DNA of 64,000 bases from Eledone cirrhosa (Eukaryota), in NCBI GenBank assembly GCA_964016885.1, contig OZ024742.1, positions 337,404,001 through 337,468,000 on the forward strand, in the 5' to 3' direction. Position 1 is the first letter of the stretch. Every line of letters begins with the position of its first letter. The notes under the pieces are model-generated. The model had not been told where the DNA came from. It worked only from the letters and a program-made list of their open reading frames with translations, and did not search any database. The translations under genes were made by a program, and so were the position numbers. Below, piece after piece: positions 40,601-53,118 of this stretch.

Positions 40601-43600
40601 AAAGTGGTCATGTTAGGTGTCAACAAAAAGCACCCAGTCCACACTGTAAAGTGGTCATGTAGGTGTGGCAACAAAAAGCACCCAGCCCACACTGTAAAGT
40701 AGTAGTGTAGGTGTCAAAACAAAAAGCACCCAGTCCACACTGTAAAGTGGTCATGCAGGTGTCACAACAAAAGAGGCTAGCATACACTGTAAAGTGGTCA
40801 TGTAGGTGTCACAACAAAAAGCACCCAGTCCACACTGTAAAGTGTTCATGTAGGTGTCACAACAAAAAGCACCCAGTCCACACTGTAAAGTGGTCATATA
40901 GGTGTCACAACAAAAAGCACCCAGTCCACACTGTAAAGTAGTAGTGTACATGTCACAACAAAAAGCACCCAGTCCACACTGTAAAGTAGTCATATAGGTG
41001 TCACAACAAAAAGCACCCAGTCCACACTGTAAAGTAGTAGTGTAGGTGTCACAACAAAAAGCAACCAGTCCACACTGTAAAGTGGTCATGCAAGTGTCAC
41101 AACAAAAGCACCCAGTCCACACTGTAAAGTAGTAGTGTAGGTGTCAAAACAAAAAGCAACCAGTCCACACTGTAAAGTAGTCATGTAGGTGTTACAACAA
41201 AAAGCACCCAGTCCAACACTGTAAAGTGGTTTTGTAGGTGTCACAACAAAAAGCACCCAGTCCACACTGTAAAGTGGTCATGTAGGTGTCACAACAAAAA
41301 GCACCCAGTCTACACTGTAAAGTGGTCAATGTAGGTGTCACAACAAAAAGCACCCAGTCCACACTGTAAAGTAGTAGTGTATGTGTCACAACAAAAAGCA
41401 CCCTGTCCACGCTGTAAAGTGGTCATATAGGTGACACAACAAAAAGCACCCAGTCCACACTGTAAAGTGGTCATGTAGGTGTCACAACAAAAAGCACCCA
41501 GTTCACACTGTAAAGTGGTCATGTAGGTGCCACAACAAAAAGCACCCAGTCCACACTGTAAAGAGTTCATTTAAGTGTCACAACAAAGAGCACCCAGTCC
41601 ACACTGTAAAGTGGTCATCTAGGTGTCACAACAAAAAGCACCCAATCCACACTGTAAAGAGGTCATGTAGGTGACACAACAAAAAGCACCCAGTCCACAC
41701 TGTAAAGTGGTTTTGTAGGTGTCACAACAAAAAGCACCCAGTCCACACTGTAAAGTAGTAGTGTAGGTGTCAAAACAAAAAGCACCCAGTCCATACTGTA
41801 AAATGGTGATGCAGGTGTCACAACAAAAAGCACCCAGTCCACACTGTAAAGTAGTAGCGTAGGTGTCAAAACAAAAAGCACCCAGTCCACACTGTAAAGT
41901 GGTCAAGTACGTGTCACAACAAAAAGCACCCAGTCCACACTGTAAAGTAGTGGTGTAGGTGTCAAAACAAAAAGCACCCAGTCCACACTGTAAAGTGGTC
42001 ATGCAGGTGTCACAACAAAAGAGGCTAGCGTACATTGTAAAGTGGTCATGTAGGTGTCACAACAAAAAGCATCCAGTCCACACTGTCAAGTGGTCATGTA
42101 GGTGTCGCAAGAAAAAGCATCCAGTCCACACTGTAAAGTGGTCATGTAGGTGTCACAACAAAATGGACCCAGTCCACACTGTAAAGTGGTCATGTAGGTG
42201 TCACAACAAAAAGCACCCAGTCTACACTGTAAAGTGGTCAATGTAGGTGTCACAACAAAAAGCACCCAGTCCACACTGTAAAGTAGTAGTGTATGTGTCA
42301 CAATAAAAAGCACCCAATCCACCCTGTAAAGTAGTAGTGTAGGTGTCAAAACAAGAAGCACCAAGTCCACACTGTAAAGTGGTCATGCAGCTGTCACAAC
42401 AAAAGAGGCTAGCGTACACTGTAAAGTGGTCATGTAGGTGTCACAACAAAAAGCACCCAGTCCACACTGTAAAGTGGTCATGTAGGTGTCACAACAAAAA
42501 GCACCCAGTCCACACTGTCAAGTGGTCATGTATGTGTCACAACAAAAAGCATCCAGTCCACACTGTAAAGTGGTCATGTAGGTGTCACAACAAAAAGCAT
42601 CCAGTCCACACTGTAAAGTGGTCACGTAGGTGTCACAACAAAAAGCACCCAGTCCACACTGTAAAATGGTCATGTAGGTGTCACAACAAAAAGCACCCAG
42701 TCTACACTGTAAAGTGGTCAATGTAGGTGTCACAACAAAAAGCACCCAGTCCACACTGTAAAGTAGTACTGTATGTGTCACAACAAAAAGCACACAGTCC
42801 ACACTGTAAAGTGGTCAATGTAGGTGTCACAACAAAAAGCACCCTGTCCACACTGTAAAGTCGTCATATAGGTGTCACAACAAAATACACCCAGTTCACA
42901 CTATAAAGTGTTCATGTATGTGCTACAATAAAAAGCACCCAGTCCACACTGTAAAGTGGTCATGTAGGTGTCATAACAAAAAGCACCCAGTTCACACAGT
43001 AAAGTGGTCATGTAGGTGCCACAACAAAAAGCACCCAGTCCACACTGTAAAGAGGTCATTTAATTGTCACAACAAAGAGCACCCAGTCCACACTGTAAAG
43101 TGGTCATCTAGGTGTCACAACAAAAAGCACCCAGTCCACACTGTAAAGAGGTCATGTAGGTGACACAACAAAAAGCACCCAGTCCACACTGTAAAGTGGT
43201 TTTGTAGGTGTCACAACAAAAAGCACCCAGTCCACACTGTAAAGTAGTAGTGTAGGTGTCAAAACAAAAAGCACCCAGTCCATACTGTAAAGTGGTCATG
43301 CAGGTGTCACAACAAAAAGCACCCAGTCCACACTGTAAGTTAGTAGTGTAGGTGTCAAAACAAAAAGCACCCAGTCCACACTGTAAAGTGGTCATGTTAG
43401 GTGTCACAACAAAAAGCACCCAGTCCACACTGTAAAGTGGTCATGTAGGTTTGGCAACAAAAAGCACCCAGTCCACACTGTAAAGTAGTAGTGTAGGTGT
43501 CAAAACAAAAAGCACCCAGTCCACACTGTAAAGTGGTCATGCAGGTGTCACAACAAAAGAGACTAGCATACACTCTAAAGTGGTCATGTAGGTGTCACAA

Positions 43601-44394
43601 CAAAAAGCACCCAGTCCACACTGTAAAGTGTTCATGTAGGTGTCACAACAAAAAGCACCCAGTCCACACTGTAAAGTGGTCATATAGGTGTCACAACAAA
43701 AAGCACCCCTACACACTGTAAAGTAGTAGTGTACATGTCACAACAAAAAGCACCCAGTCCACACTGTAAAGTGGTCATGTAGGTGTCACAACAAAAAGCA
43801 CCCAGTCCACACTGTAAAGTGGTCATATAGGTGTCACAACAAAAAGCACCCAGTCCACACTGTAAAGTAGTAGTGTAGGTGTCACAACAAAAAGCAACCA
43901 GTCCACACTGTAAAGTGGTCATGCAAGTGTCACAACAAAAGCACCCAGTCCACACTGTAAAGTAGTAGTGTAGGTGTCAAAACAAAAAGCACCCAGTCCA
44001 CACTGTAAAGTAGTCATGTAGGTGTCACAACAAAAAGCACCCAGTCCAACACTGTAATGTGGTTTTGTAGGTGTCACAACAAAAAGCACCCAGACCACAC
44101 TGTACAGTAGTAGTGTAGGTATCACAACAAAAAGCACCTGGTCTACACTGTAAAGTGGTCATGTAGGTGTCACAACAAAAAGCACCCAGTCCACACCGTA
44201 AATGTGGTTGGTGTTGGGATGAGCATCCAACTGTAGATACCAAGCCAAAATCAGTTCTGTATTGGCAAGATATTGTCATCTAACCTGGCTTGTCTCACAA
44301 TGGGACAGCTTGTTTAGCCCATGCTAGAGTGGTAAATGGACATTAAATGGTGGTGATGACGACGACAACGAGAACAATGATGAGGATGATGATT
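7645..44394 (+). mobile_element. 5'-truncated, decayed RTE LINE 3' end hosting the 36-kb satellite in its 3' UTR
   Basis: 7645-7770 aligns with the family A ORF end (cagacaaaggaaacattggg vs cagacccagaaaaacctggg; gactgtgatctctggtattatgcaggaatacagaagac vs gaccgagatctttggcgctacacagtaatacagaagac). C-rich spacer 7800-7935. After the array, tgtggttggtgttgggatgagcatccaactgtaga...cccatgctag...tggacattaaat plus a degenerate (GAT)n. Confidence 0.85.
7935..44202 (+). repeat. 48-bp tandem satellite, ~750 monomers; consensus cactgtaaagtggtcatgtaggtgtcacaacaaaaagcacccagtcca
   Basis: Head-to-tail repeat with recurrent 47-49-bp variants and degenerate edge units. No inversion or foreign insertion noticed. 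Confidence 0.99.
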
Positions 44395-44469
44395 TAATCT
44401 CGCATACTTAAGCATTGAGTACACTTCGCTTTGTCTTATGATATATGACTCATATTTTGATATATATAT

Positions 44470-44660
44470 TTACAATTTAATATCTATTTTCCATGCCTGC
44501 ATGGGTGAGATGGATTATCATGTTATGAGCTAGAGAGATCAGGTGATCACATCTTGTTCATATTATCCATTTTGGGCTTGGTTTTCTATAGCTAGATTCT
44601 CTTCCAAATGCCAATCACCTTACAGGGTGGACTGGATCCTCTTTTTCATGGTGTCAGTAT
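44470..44660 (-). mobile_element. Old RTE-type 3' tail fragment
   Basis: tttaatatctattttccatgcctgcatggg...ggcttggttttctatagctagattctcttccaaatgccaatcaccttacag matches the reverse complement of the RTE tail. Confidence 0.6.
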
Positions 44661-44668
44661 GATTCCCT

Positions 44669-44705
<37 letters not shown>

Positions 44706-44765
44706 CTGGTGTTTTATATTGAATAATATACGAAATGCTCATGTAAATAAACATTTAAATATATA

Positions 44766-44799
<34 letters not shown>

Positions 44800-44800
44800 A

Positions 44801-44831
<31 letters not shown>

Positions 44832-44869
44832 CATGTATGAACAAGACTTGGTCACCTGACCCATCTGAC

Positions 44870-45605
44870 TTTATCAAGTGACAGTAAGGTTGTTGAAATT
44901 GGACGATAGCAGGAAGAAAAATTAGGAATTCTTTGAGTCAATCTGTTGAAAGTCACAGACCAGGATTTCAATTGGAACAAGGTCCCTGCAAATGGAGAGT
45001 TGTAGCAGCGTTGTTTCATGGCTCGTAACAATAATCTTTTTTCATGCGTGATTTAGTTACTTCGCCCAAAGAAGAAATTTCGCGCTTCTTTGTTGACTAG
45101 ACTCTAGTTGCTGCTTTGACATCAAGAAGCTAACATCCATTTTTCTTTGCCGTGTCAACACCTAGCAAAAATGTAATGGTAAATTAGAACTTCAGCCCAG
45201 TCGGTGATATGTCGGCTAGGGACAGCTTTCTTTGCATATAACACTTAATTTTGTTTATTCACTTTTATTGGCAGCCCACCACAACATTTTGTAAACCTGT
45301 TTCGGCTGTAAATAAATCATGTAAAATGTTATAAAGTCTTATAATATTTCTGCCATCAACGAATCTTGCATACACACATAAAACTATAACATTGGATGTG
45401 ATATGGGAAAATCCTTTTCCCAAGGTTCTATCATTTTCCACAATAACAAGTGAGTATACCATTTGACTTAGCTAACGCACTTGCCAACAAGTCTTCTCAC
45501 TCTATAACTGTGTTACAGATTCTCTCCTTTCATGGCGACAAGACAACCTTTCATCTGAATACAACCAAACTTCTACATTACATTCACTTTCGGCTATCAT
45601 TGCCA
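44870..45605 (-). mobile_element. Possible highly decayed hAT (Charlie/Buster-like) transposase remnant
   Basis: Minus-strand peptides KFGCIQ and ITSNVIVLCVYARFVDGRNII resemble hAT KFGFI and DxSNxAQLLVYVRF motifs; many stops and frameshifts. Confidence 0.3.
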
Positions 45606-45654
45606 CATAACAAAACCAACATTTTCTCTTGCTAGTACAACAAAACCTTTTAAC

Positions 45655-46850
45655 TGCTATAGAGTGACATGGTGGTGGAATGATAAGATAGATAGTGACA
45701 TAAAAGGTAAAAAAAAGACAAGCTTGTGAAGATGAAGTAAAAGGAGAGACAAAGAGCAATACCAAATAGCTGGAAGAGAGGCAAATCAACAGGTATACCT
45801 AGCTAAGGGAGAAACAAAAGTAGAAGTTTGCTCATGCTCCATTCTGAAAGGATCAGAAGCAGGAATTTTTCCAGATTGCAAGACAGCGAGTTAGAGAAAA
45901 CTGAGAGATGGCTGGAGAAAATTGTGTCTGAAATGATAGTGGAACAGTTGCTCTAACTGATGCTGAAAAGAAAGAGGCACTATTAGAGACTGCTGAATGA
46001 TAGTAAATCCAACTGGTGGATTATCCATAAAAGTTAACAGCAGTGTGATAGACAAAGCAGTTAAGAATATGACATTAAGGCAGGCAGCTGGACCATCTAA
46101 TAGTGTTGCCAAAATGCTAAAAACACTGAGCAAGGTAGGCTCTGCACTAGTCACATGCCTAATTAATCCAGTAGTACAGGATGGTGCCACACCCAATGAC
46201 TGGTACAGTATTAATATTGCTATAAAAGCAAAGGAAAAACACTAGAGAGAGTTAACTATAGAAGCAGCAAGTTGATGGACTAGATCATGGAATTTACTGT
46301 TAGGATTATAGCACAACTAATTAGAGATGTAGTTCAGCTTTATGCTAGGCAGGGGTACTACAGATACCCTCTTTCTGGTGAGAGAGCTGCAGGGTTAAGG
46401 TTAGCTAAGAGTAAGCCAATGTACCTGGTATATGTGGATCCAGAGAAGGCCTTTGACAGGATCCCATTCCGTGTAATTTAGTGAGTGCTAAGGCAGCTAG
46501 GTGTAGATGAATGATTCATGAAGGCAGAGTGAGAGTTGGCAATGAGTACAGTGATGAATTTGAAGTGCATGTGGGAGTTCAGTAGAGCTTGGTCCTCAGT
46601 CTATTTCCATTTATCTTTGTTCTTCAGGCCATAACTGAGGAGTTTATGTCTGACACTACATGGGGATGCCTGTATGCTGATGATTTTGTCCAAATATCCA
46701 AATCCATGGAAGAGTTTAAGGTGAAATTCTAGATATGGAAGAAAATCTAGAACCGAAAGTAAACCTAGCCAAAAATATAGTCTTAATAAGTAGGGAAGAA
46801 GACAGAACCTGATGCAATAAAGAAGTGGCCTTATTTGATGTAACACTGTG
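45655..46850 (+). pseudogene. Heavily degenerate RTE LINE internal fragment (RT region)
   Basis: VTWWWN, AAGPSNSVAKMLK, PNDW, KSKPMYLVYVDPEKAFDR and tatgctgatgat (YADD) in shifting frames. Confidence 0.85.
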
Positions 46851-47054
46851 TCATGCTGAATCTCCCTGAGAATTACATTAAGAATACATTTATCTTTGGA
46901 ATACTCAGCCACTTACATATTAACTTTAGGAGTAGGCTGTTTCATTGACAAAAAAAAAAAAACTGTAATACTCATCCTTGAACCTAATGAAGATCTATTC
47001 TATTCTGTGTGTGTAGTGAGCCAGATATTGTGGCAGTTTACTTCAGGTAGTGCC

Positions 47055-47170
47055 ATGGGACTGAACCATTGACTTCACAGATGATACGCTGCCAAAGATG
47101 GGACTGAACCATTGACTTCACAGGTGATACGCTGCCAAAGATGGGACTGAACCATTGACTTCACAGATGA
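47055..47170. repeat. 43-bp minisatellite, ~2.7 copies
   Basis: atgggactgaaccattgacttcacag(a/g)tgatacgctgccaaag starts at 47055 and 47098; partial copy at 47141. Confidence 0.9.
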
Positions 47171-48090
47171 CAGACTCACACATTATCAACTCAGCAAATA
47201 TTCAATTAATTACAGATGAAAAAAAAGCATAATTTAATAATTAGACACAAGCAGTTATGCTAAAGCAACTGCAGGATATGAAGCCAAAGTGCAAATCCCT
47301 ACCCACATATATCCATTAAAGAATGTTTCTTTTTCAATGGTCTTTAATTAAAATTATAAATCAAGTACCTTTTTTCATAAAATTGTTCAACAATTTAACT
47401 ATTTCCAGGCCATAAGTTCAACACAACATAAACGAGCTGCTTTTGTATTACTATAAATGGAAAGTTAAAAAGTTAATTAAAAGATGAGAAGTTACTAACA
47501 TAAGAAAATGTCAGAGGGACCTGTCAATGACAGGTATAAATTAAATCCTCTACCCTTAGGGGCTAAATTTTATCCTCTACCCTTAGGGGCTTTTTGACAG
47601 AATTTCTGTTACATAATTTTTTACAAATGAAACTTAAACTTCACAGATTTCCAGATTTTATTTCTTTTGTGCTATTAGCAAAAAATATATATATATATAT
47701 ATTTATACATAAATATATATCTTGCTGGCCCCTCTTCTTATAGATAATTTTATGTGATATAAATATATATATGAATATAAATATATGTGATATAAATATA
47801 TATATGAATATAAATATATGTATACATGATGATGATGATATATATATTGTCATTATCATTATCTCTTTTTAATGTCTATTTGCCATATATATCGATATTC
47901 ATATTCATATATTTAATTATATATACATTAGTGTCTGCAGTTCTGTTTACATGCCAACACAAGAGCAAGAATGAGGGGCTCATTCTACTAACATGGCTTT
48001 AAAAATGAGGCTTGTTTGCATAATTGCAAACGAATCAAATATTATTATTAATATTCGAAAAACTCAGATTACATATATATATATATATAT

Positions 48091-48332
48091 GTGATGGCTG
48101 CAACTCGATTTCAAGTAATGCCATCGCTTGATACTTAAGCATGAGCATCATGGACGTGTTTTTTTAGTCCTGCTAGGGGCTTGCCTATGGCCAGCAATAC
48201 CATGCATTGCAAAAAATGTCATATATCAAGTGATGTTTGTGTTTGAAGCTTTTTTAAGTGAGGAAAGGCTATGCACGGGGCCAATCCCACTCTCTGAACA
48301 TTAAATGTATTTTCCCAAAAAGAACTGGTCTA
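48091..48332. repeat. Unclassified interspersed element next to (TA)n; shorter relative of 54202-54806
   Basis: Shared terminus tggctgc(c)aactcg..ttc.agta and shared block gaagctttt..agtgag.aaaggc..tgcac...gcca.tcccactctc. Confidence 0.6.
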
Positions 48333-48339
48333 AATCATA

Positions 48340-50990
48340 TATCATTATCATCATCATTTTACGTCTGCTTTTCCTTGCTTGCAAGGGTGGGACAGGTCTT
48401 ATTAATCACAGCATCTCTCCACTCGTCATGGACCTTTGTGAGCTTCAGTGATCTGAGGTCTGCTCTCACCCCCTCCACCCATGTCTTTCGTGATATTTTT
48501 CGACTGCCTCTTCCTTCTACTGGGATTTCTTTGCACTTCTTTACCCAATGGTCATCCTCCATGCACATCATTGTCCATACCAACACAGTCTTCTCTCCCG
48601 CACACTACAGCCTATCCCTCTTATACACAGTTTCTCTCTCAACTCATCTATACTTGGTCGTTCAAGCACATTGACATTGCACATCCAACGGAACATGCTT
48701 GCTTCATTTCTCTCCAGCCGTCACATATCTTCCACAGTTGCTGCCCATGTCTCACTACCATGCAGCATCGCGCATATCACACAGGCATCATACAACCTAC
48801 TTATCAACACCTTTGTCTCAGCTAGGTTTACTCTCAGTCCTCTTGATTCCAGCTGCTGTTTCTATAGCCAGAATTTATTCTCTAGCTCTTCTACTGATTC
48901 TGCTATAAGTACCAGATTGTCAACATAGAGAAGTTCTAATGAGCAGCCAGTCTTAAACTCCTCTGTTATGGCTTGGAGGACTATAATGAACATGAGCAGG
49001 CTGAGGACCGAACCCTGATGTACTCCTACTTGTATCTGGAATTCCTCACTAAACTCCATTCCTACTCTCACTTTACTGACAGCACCTCTGTACAAAGCTG
49101 GCACTGTCCTCACAAGCCATTCCTCAACAGCTAGTTTCCTTAGGGACCACCAGATGACAGATTGGGGTACCCTATCAAAGGCCTTCTTTAGGTCAACAAA
49201 AGCTAAATATAGTGGTTTATTCTTCTCTAAGAACTTCTCTTGTAGTTGTCTCACTAAGAAGAGGGCATCTGTTGTACTTTTCCCAGGCACAAAACCAAAC
49301 TGCATCTCATCTAATTTAACGCTTTCTCTAATTAGTTGCGCTAGTATTCTCTCTGCCACTTTCATAACCTGATTCATCAGTTTTATGCCTCTGTAATTGT
49401 TCCTTTCTAGAGCCTCCCCATTACCCTTGTAGCAATTTGTAAGGATACTACTGCACCAGTCTTTGGGTATGAGCCCTCTATATATAGCTTGGTTGACGAT
49501 GCGTGCAACCAGTTTAGTTCCTACTTCTCCTGATGCCTTCAGCATCTCAGCAACTATCCCCAATGGTCCAGTGGCCTTACCATTTTTAATTTCCTTAATT
49601 GCCTCTTGGACCCTATAGTTGTCAATCTCAATAGCTGGTCCCTCTGTTAGGTCTATAGGGGGTAGTTTCTCTCTCTCCCATTCTTTCTCAACATTCATCA
49701 GTCTCTCATAATGACATTTCCAGGCCTCCTTTTTCTGAGCATCAGTGACACTAAGTGCACCCACATCATTTCGGACACACTTATCTCCAACAACATCTTG
49801 ATTTACATTGACAGACTGCCTTGCAATGTGGAACATTGGCAAACCTTCTACTCTCAGCTTCCCTGTGTGCTAAGTACACCTGATGTCTAGCTTCTCTTTT
49901 AGCGGCTGAGTATCTGTCTCTACTCCCACCATTTTTCCAATCCTTCCATGCTAGTCTTTTGTCTCTAATGGCCCTATCTACTGTGCTGTTCCACCACCAG
50001 ATCACCCTCTGTCTGGTCAGAGCTCTGCTCCAGCCACAAGTTTCTTCAGTAGCCTGCAGTAAGTTGTCGCATAGGAAATTCCAGTTATCATCTAAGTCAT
50101 ACGATTCTAACTCATCTTCTTTTTCGTCATACATAACTTGAAGGGCTTTCCTAAATTTATATTTTAGTAAAAGGTCTTTTAGCTTCCAGACCTTTCTTTT
50201 CCACACCTTCCTGTATGTCTCATTTTGTCTCTTGCATATTGAGATGTCAATAACGACTAACCTATGCTGAGGTGTACATTCTTCCCCAGGGTATGCCTTA
50301 GTATTTGACACCATCTGTCTATCTCCTTGCCTAACTAGCAAGAAGTCAATCTGGCTTATGTGCTTGCCTGATTGGTAGGTTATTAGGTGGTTGGTAGGTT
50401 TCTTGACGTTAGTGTTGCAAATGGTTAGTGCACTTGCATCACAAAATTCAAGAAGCCTAATTCGTTCTTCATTTCTTGAGCCATAACTGTGCCCACCATA
50501 TACCCCAGTGTATCCATCCTGGAGCTGTCCAACAAGACCATTGAAGTCCCCGACTAGTATAACTATGTCTCTGTCCTCTGTCATTGTGGTTGTTTCTAAA
50601 AGTTGCTCGTAAAAGCAGCCTTCCTGGGGAGCATAGGCAGAGATAATTGTCAGTAGTCTCTTGCCTACAACTAATCTAATCGTAATAATTCTGTTACTGA
50701 CTCTAACTACCTCTATTGTCTTATTGATCCACGTCTCGGCCAATAAAATGCCTACCCCACCTAACCCACCATCATTTACTACGCAGAAAAGCTTATAGCT
50801 AAGATGTTTGCCTGCGATTAGTCTTGTTGAGGCACCTCTCCATCTCACCTCTTGCACGCAGCACACATCCACATGTCTTCTCTCTAGCATTTCCACTATC
50901 TCACCACCAGATCTACCTGTCAGGGTGCCAACATTAAGTGTGGCAACTCTGAGATGCGATGTCTTTCTTTGAAATTTTTTCCTTTTCTGC
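48340..50990 (-). mobile_element. RTE LINE (family B), near full-length, frameshifted and internally deleted
   Basis: APE ORF 49781-51013 (LRVATLNVGTL, CVQEVRW, GDFNG); RT ORF 48862-49842 (AFVDLKKAFD, GVHQGSVLS, YVDN); C-terminal pieces 48359-48800; (ATG)n tail at 48340-48357. Confidence 0.92.
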
Positions 50991-51089
50991 AAATAAAAAT
51001 TGTTTATAATCATATTCTTGTTATATATATGTTATATATATGCTATATATATGTTATATATATGCTATATATATGTTATAATCATGTTC

Positions 51090-51120
<31 letters not shown>

Positions 51121-51123
<3 letters not shown>

Positions 51124-51893
51124 AGAAGTCTTCTTGTGAACGTGACCTGGGCATTACGGTCAGCAGCGATTTGCGTTGGACGAAACACGTCTCTAAAATT
51201 GTCAAGAAGGCTGAGGGTGTCTTAACATCACTCAGCAAGACCTTTGTCAGCCGCTCTCCAGCTATCTATTTAAAGCTGTATATAGCTATGGTGCGGCCAC
51301 ACTTAGAATTTGCATCACCAGTCTGGAACTCCTATCTTGCTCAGAACATTGACCTCCTGGAAACGTTCAGAGACGTGTAACCAAGTGAATACCCTCCATC
51401 AGGCATCTACCATACTCTGAACGCCTTGCTTCCCTGGGCATGGATACATTAAAGCTCCCACGTCTGGCAACTGACTTGGTAAACACCCACAAAATTATTA
51501 ACCATCTTGCCAACAACAACCTTGAGCACCTTTTTGATTTCCATGTGTCTAGCACACGTGGGCATACCTACAAAGTCAGAAAACAGCATAGCTCCCATGA
51601 CTTTCGGAAACATTTTTTTTTTCACGTTCAGAATTACTGAAGCATGGAACAAACTACCTGCATCAGTTGTTAGCTGTTGAGACACTGCATCCTTTAAAAC
51701 CTCCATGCTTCCTGAAATTCGCCAACACTGCACCTGATATCCCCTCTCCATACACACACACACACATGTATTTTATGACTCATACACTGTTCATTTTCCT
51801 GGCATTTGAACATTATTCTATGTACTATACATGCATCTTTGATGAGTTGTAGTGCACCTGAGCACTGTACACAATAATTTCATTATTATTCAT

Positions 51894-51897
<4 letters not shown>
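51121..51897 (+). mobile_element. CR1-group LINE 3' fragment between (TA)n tracts
   Basis: ERDLGITVSSDLRW..LYIAMVRPHLEFASPVWN..TRGH..WNKLP, 3' UTR and (ATT)n-like tail; paralogous to 59179-60380. Confidence 0.88.
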
Positions 51898-51940
<43 letters not shown>

Positions 51941-51944
<4 letters not shown>

Positions 51945-52485
51945 ATCAAAAGATGGTTAAAAGAGTTCCAAGTATTTTATTATGCGCATTTCAAAAACAA
52001 GTATCATCATGAGATGATATCTGAGTTTTCATCAGATAAAATAGGGATACATGATATGAAGGTTAAAAAACACTTGTGAATAGTGAAGTTTTAAATCAAC
52101 ATATGAAAAATAATTTAAGATTGATGTGTGATATTGGGAAAAAAGAGGGGGGGGGGGGAGTGGAAAGGGTAAGCAAGAGGAGGAGATGAGAGTAAAGAAT
52201 GGTGGGGGAGGAGTATAAGAAGGAAGGATAAGAGAGGAGGAGAGATGGGTGATAGAGAGAGAGAGAGATAGCCTTTACAACTGAGAAAAATATATATTGT
52301 CTCACAGAGAGAAGTTAAATCATATGTTGATTTAAAACTTCACTATTCACAAGTGTCTTTTAACCTTCATATCATGTATCCCTATTTTATCTGATGAAAA
52401 CGCAGATATCATCTCATGATGATATTTGTTTTTGAAATGTGCATAATAAAATACTTGGAACTCTTTTAACCATCTTTTGATCTTA
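51941..52485. mobile_element. MITE/foldback element with 166-bp terminal inverted repeats
   Basis: 51941-52106 is the near-perfect reverse complement of 52320-52485; purine-rich spacer; TA context. Confidence 0.85.
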
Positions 52486-52574
52486 TATTATTTATACTCC
52501 AGTCCTACAAACTGTAGAGTGCTACTTATCCGATATTTGCATTGCTTCATTGTGCTACAATAAAACTCACCTCC

Positions 52575-52627
<53 letters not shown>

Positions 52628-53048
52628 ACTAGCAGTGGTACCCGGCGTTGCATGGGATAAGATATTTTGGAATGCGGGCCGCCAGCAGACCTAATCGTGG
52701 AAAAACTGCATGCCAGGACAATATGTAAAGAAAATAAACCGAATACTCTGATGGCTGGATAATCTAAGATTTTCCTCGATGAAGCAGGAAAAGGGCAGGT
52801 TTTCACCTAATGCGGGCCCTAGGGGATCAAGGAAATGAAATTTTTTTATGTGCATAATATGCCTTGAAATTTCGGGAAAATCGGCTAGACGTAATGCCTC
52901 AAAAAAGCCCTAAAAAGCTGGAAACGCAGTTTTTCACCTAATGCGGGCCCTAGGGGATCAAAAAGTTGAATTTTATGTGCACAACACTCCCTGAAATATA
53001 AGTAATACACATGTAAAGTTTGAAAAAGATCGGTTGGGTACTTCTTGG

Positions 53049-53118
<70 letters not shown>

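Noticed and set aside
7935-44202. CRISPR-like array (constant part plus variable part)
   Set aside because: Variable segments are point variants of one sequence, not unique spacers. No cas genes, and the context is eukaryotic.
8021-44279. Many Cys-rich ORFs, (TTLQCGLGAFCCDTYM)n on minus and (VKWSCRCHNKKHPVHT)n on plus, resembling metallothionein or zinc-finger repeats
   Set aside because: A by-product of a 48-bp unit divisible by 3. Frameshifting 47/49-bp variants and stop variants are freely amplified, so there is no sign of frame selection.
47545-47591. Direct repeat atcctctacccttaggggct x2
   Set aside because: Simple local duplication at 27-bp spacing with nothing inserted; no evidence of function.
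52391-52402. ctgatgaaa hammerhead core
   Set aside because: No stem II or separate GAAA; it is part of an inverted-repeat arm.
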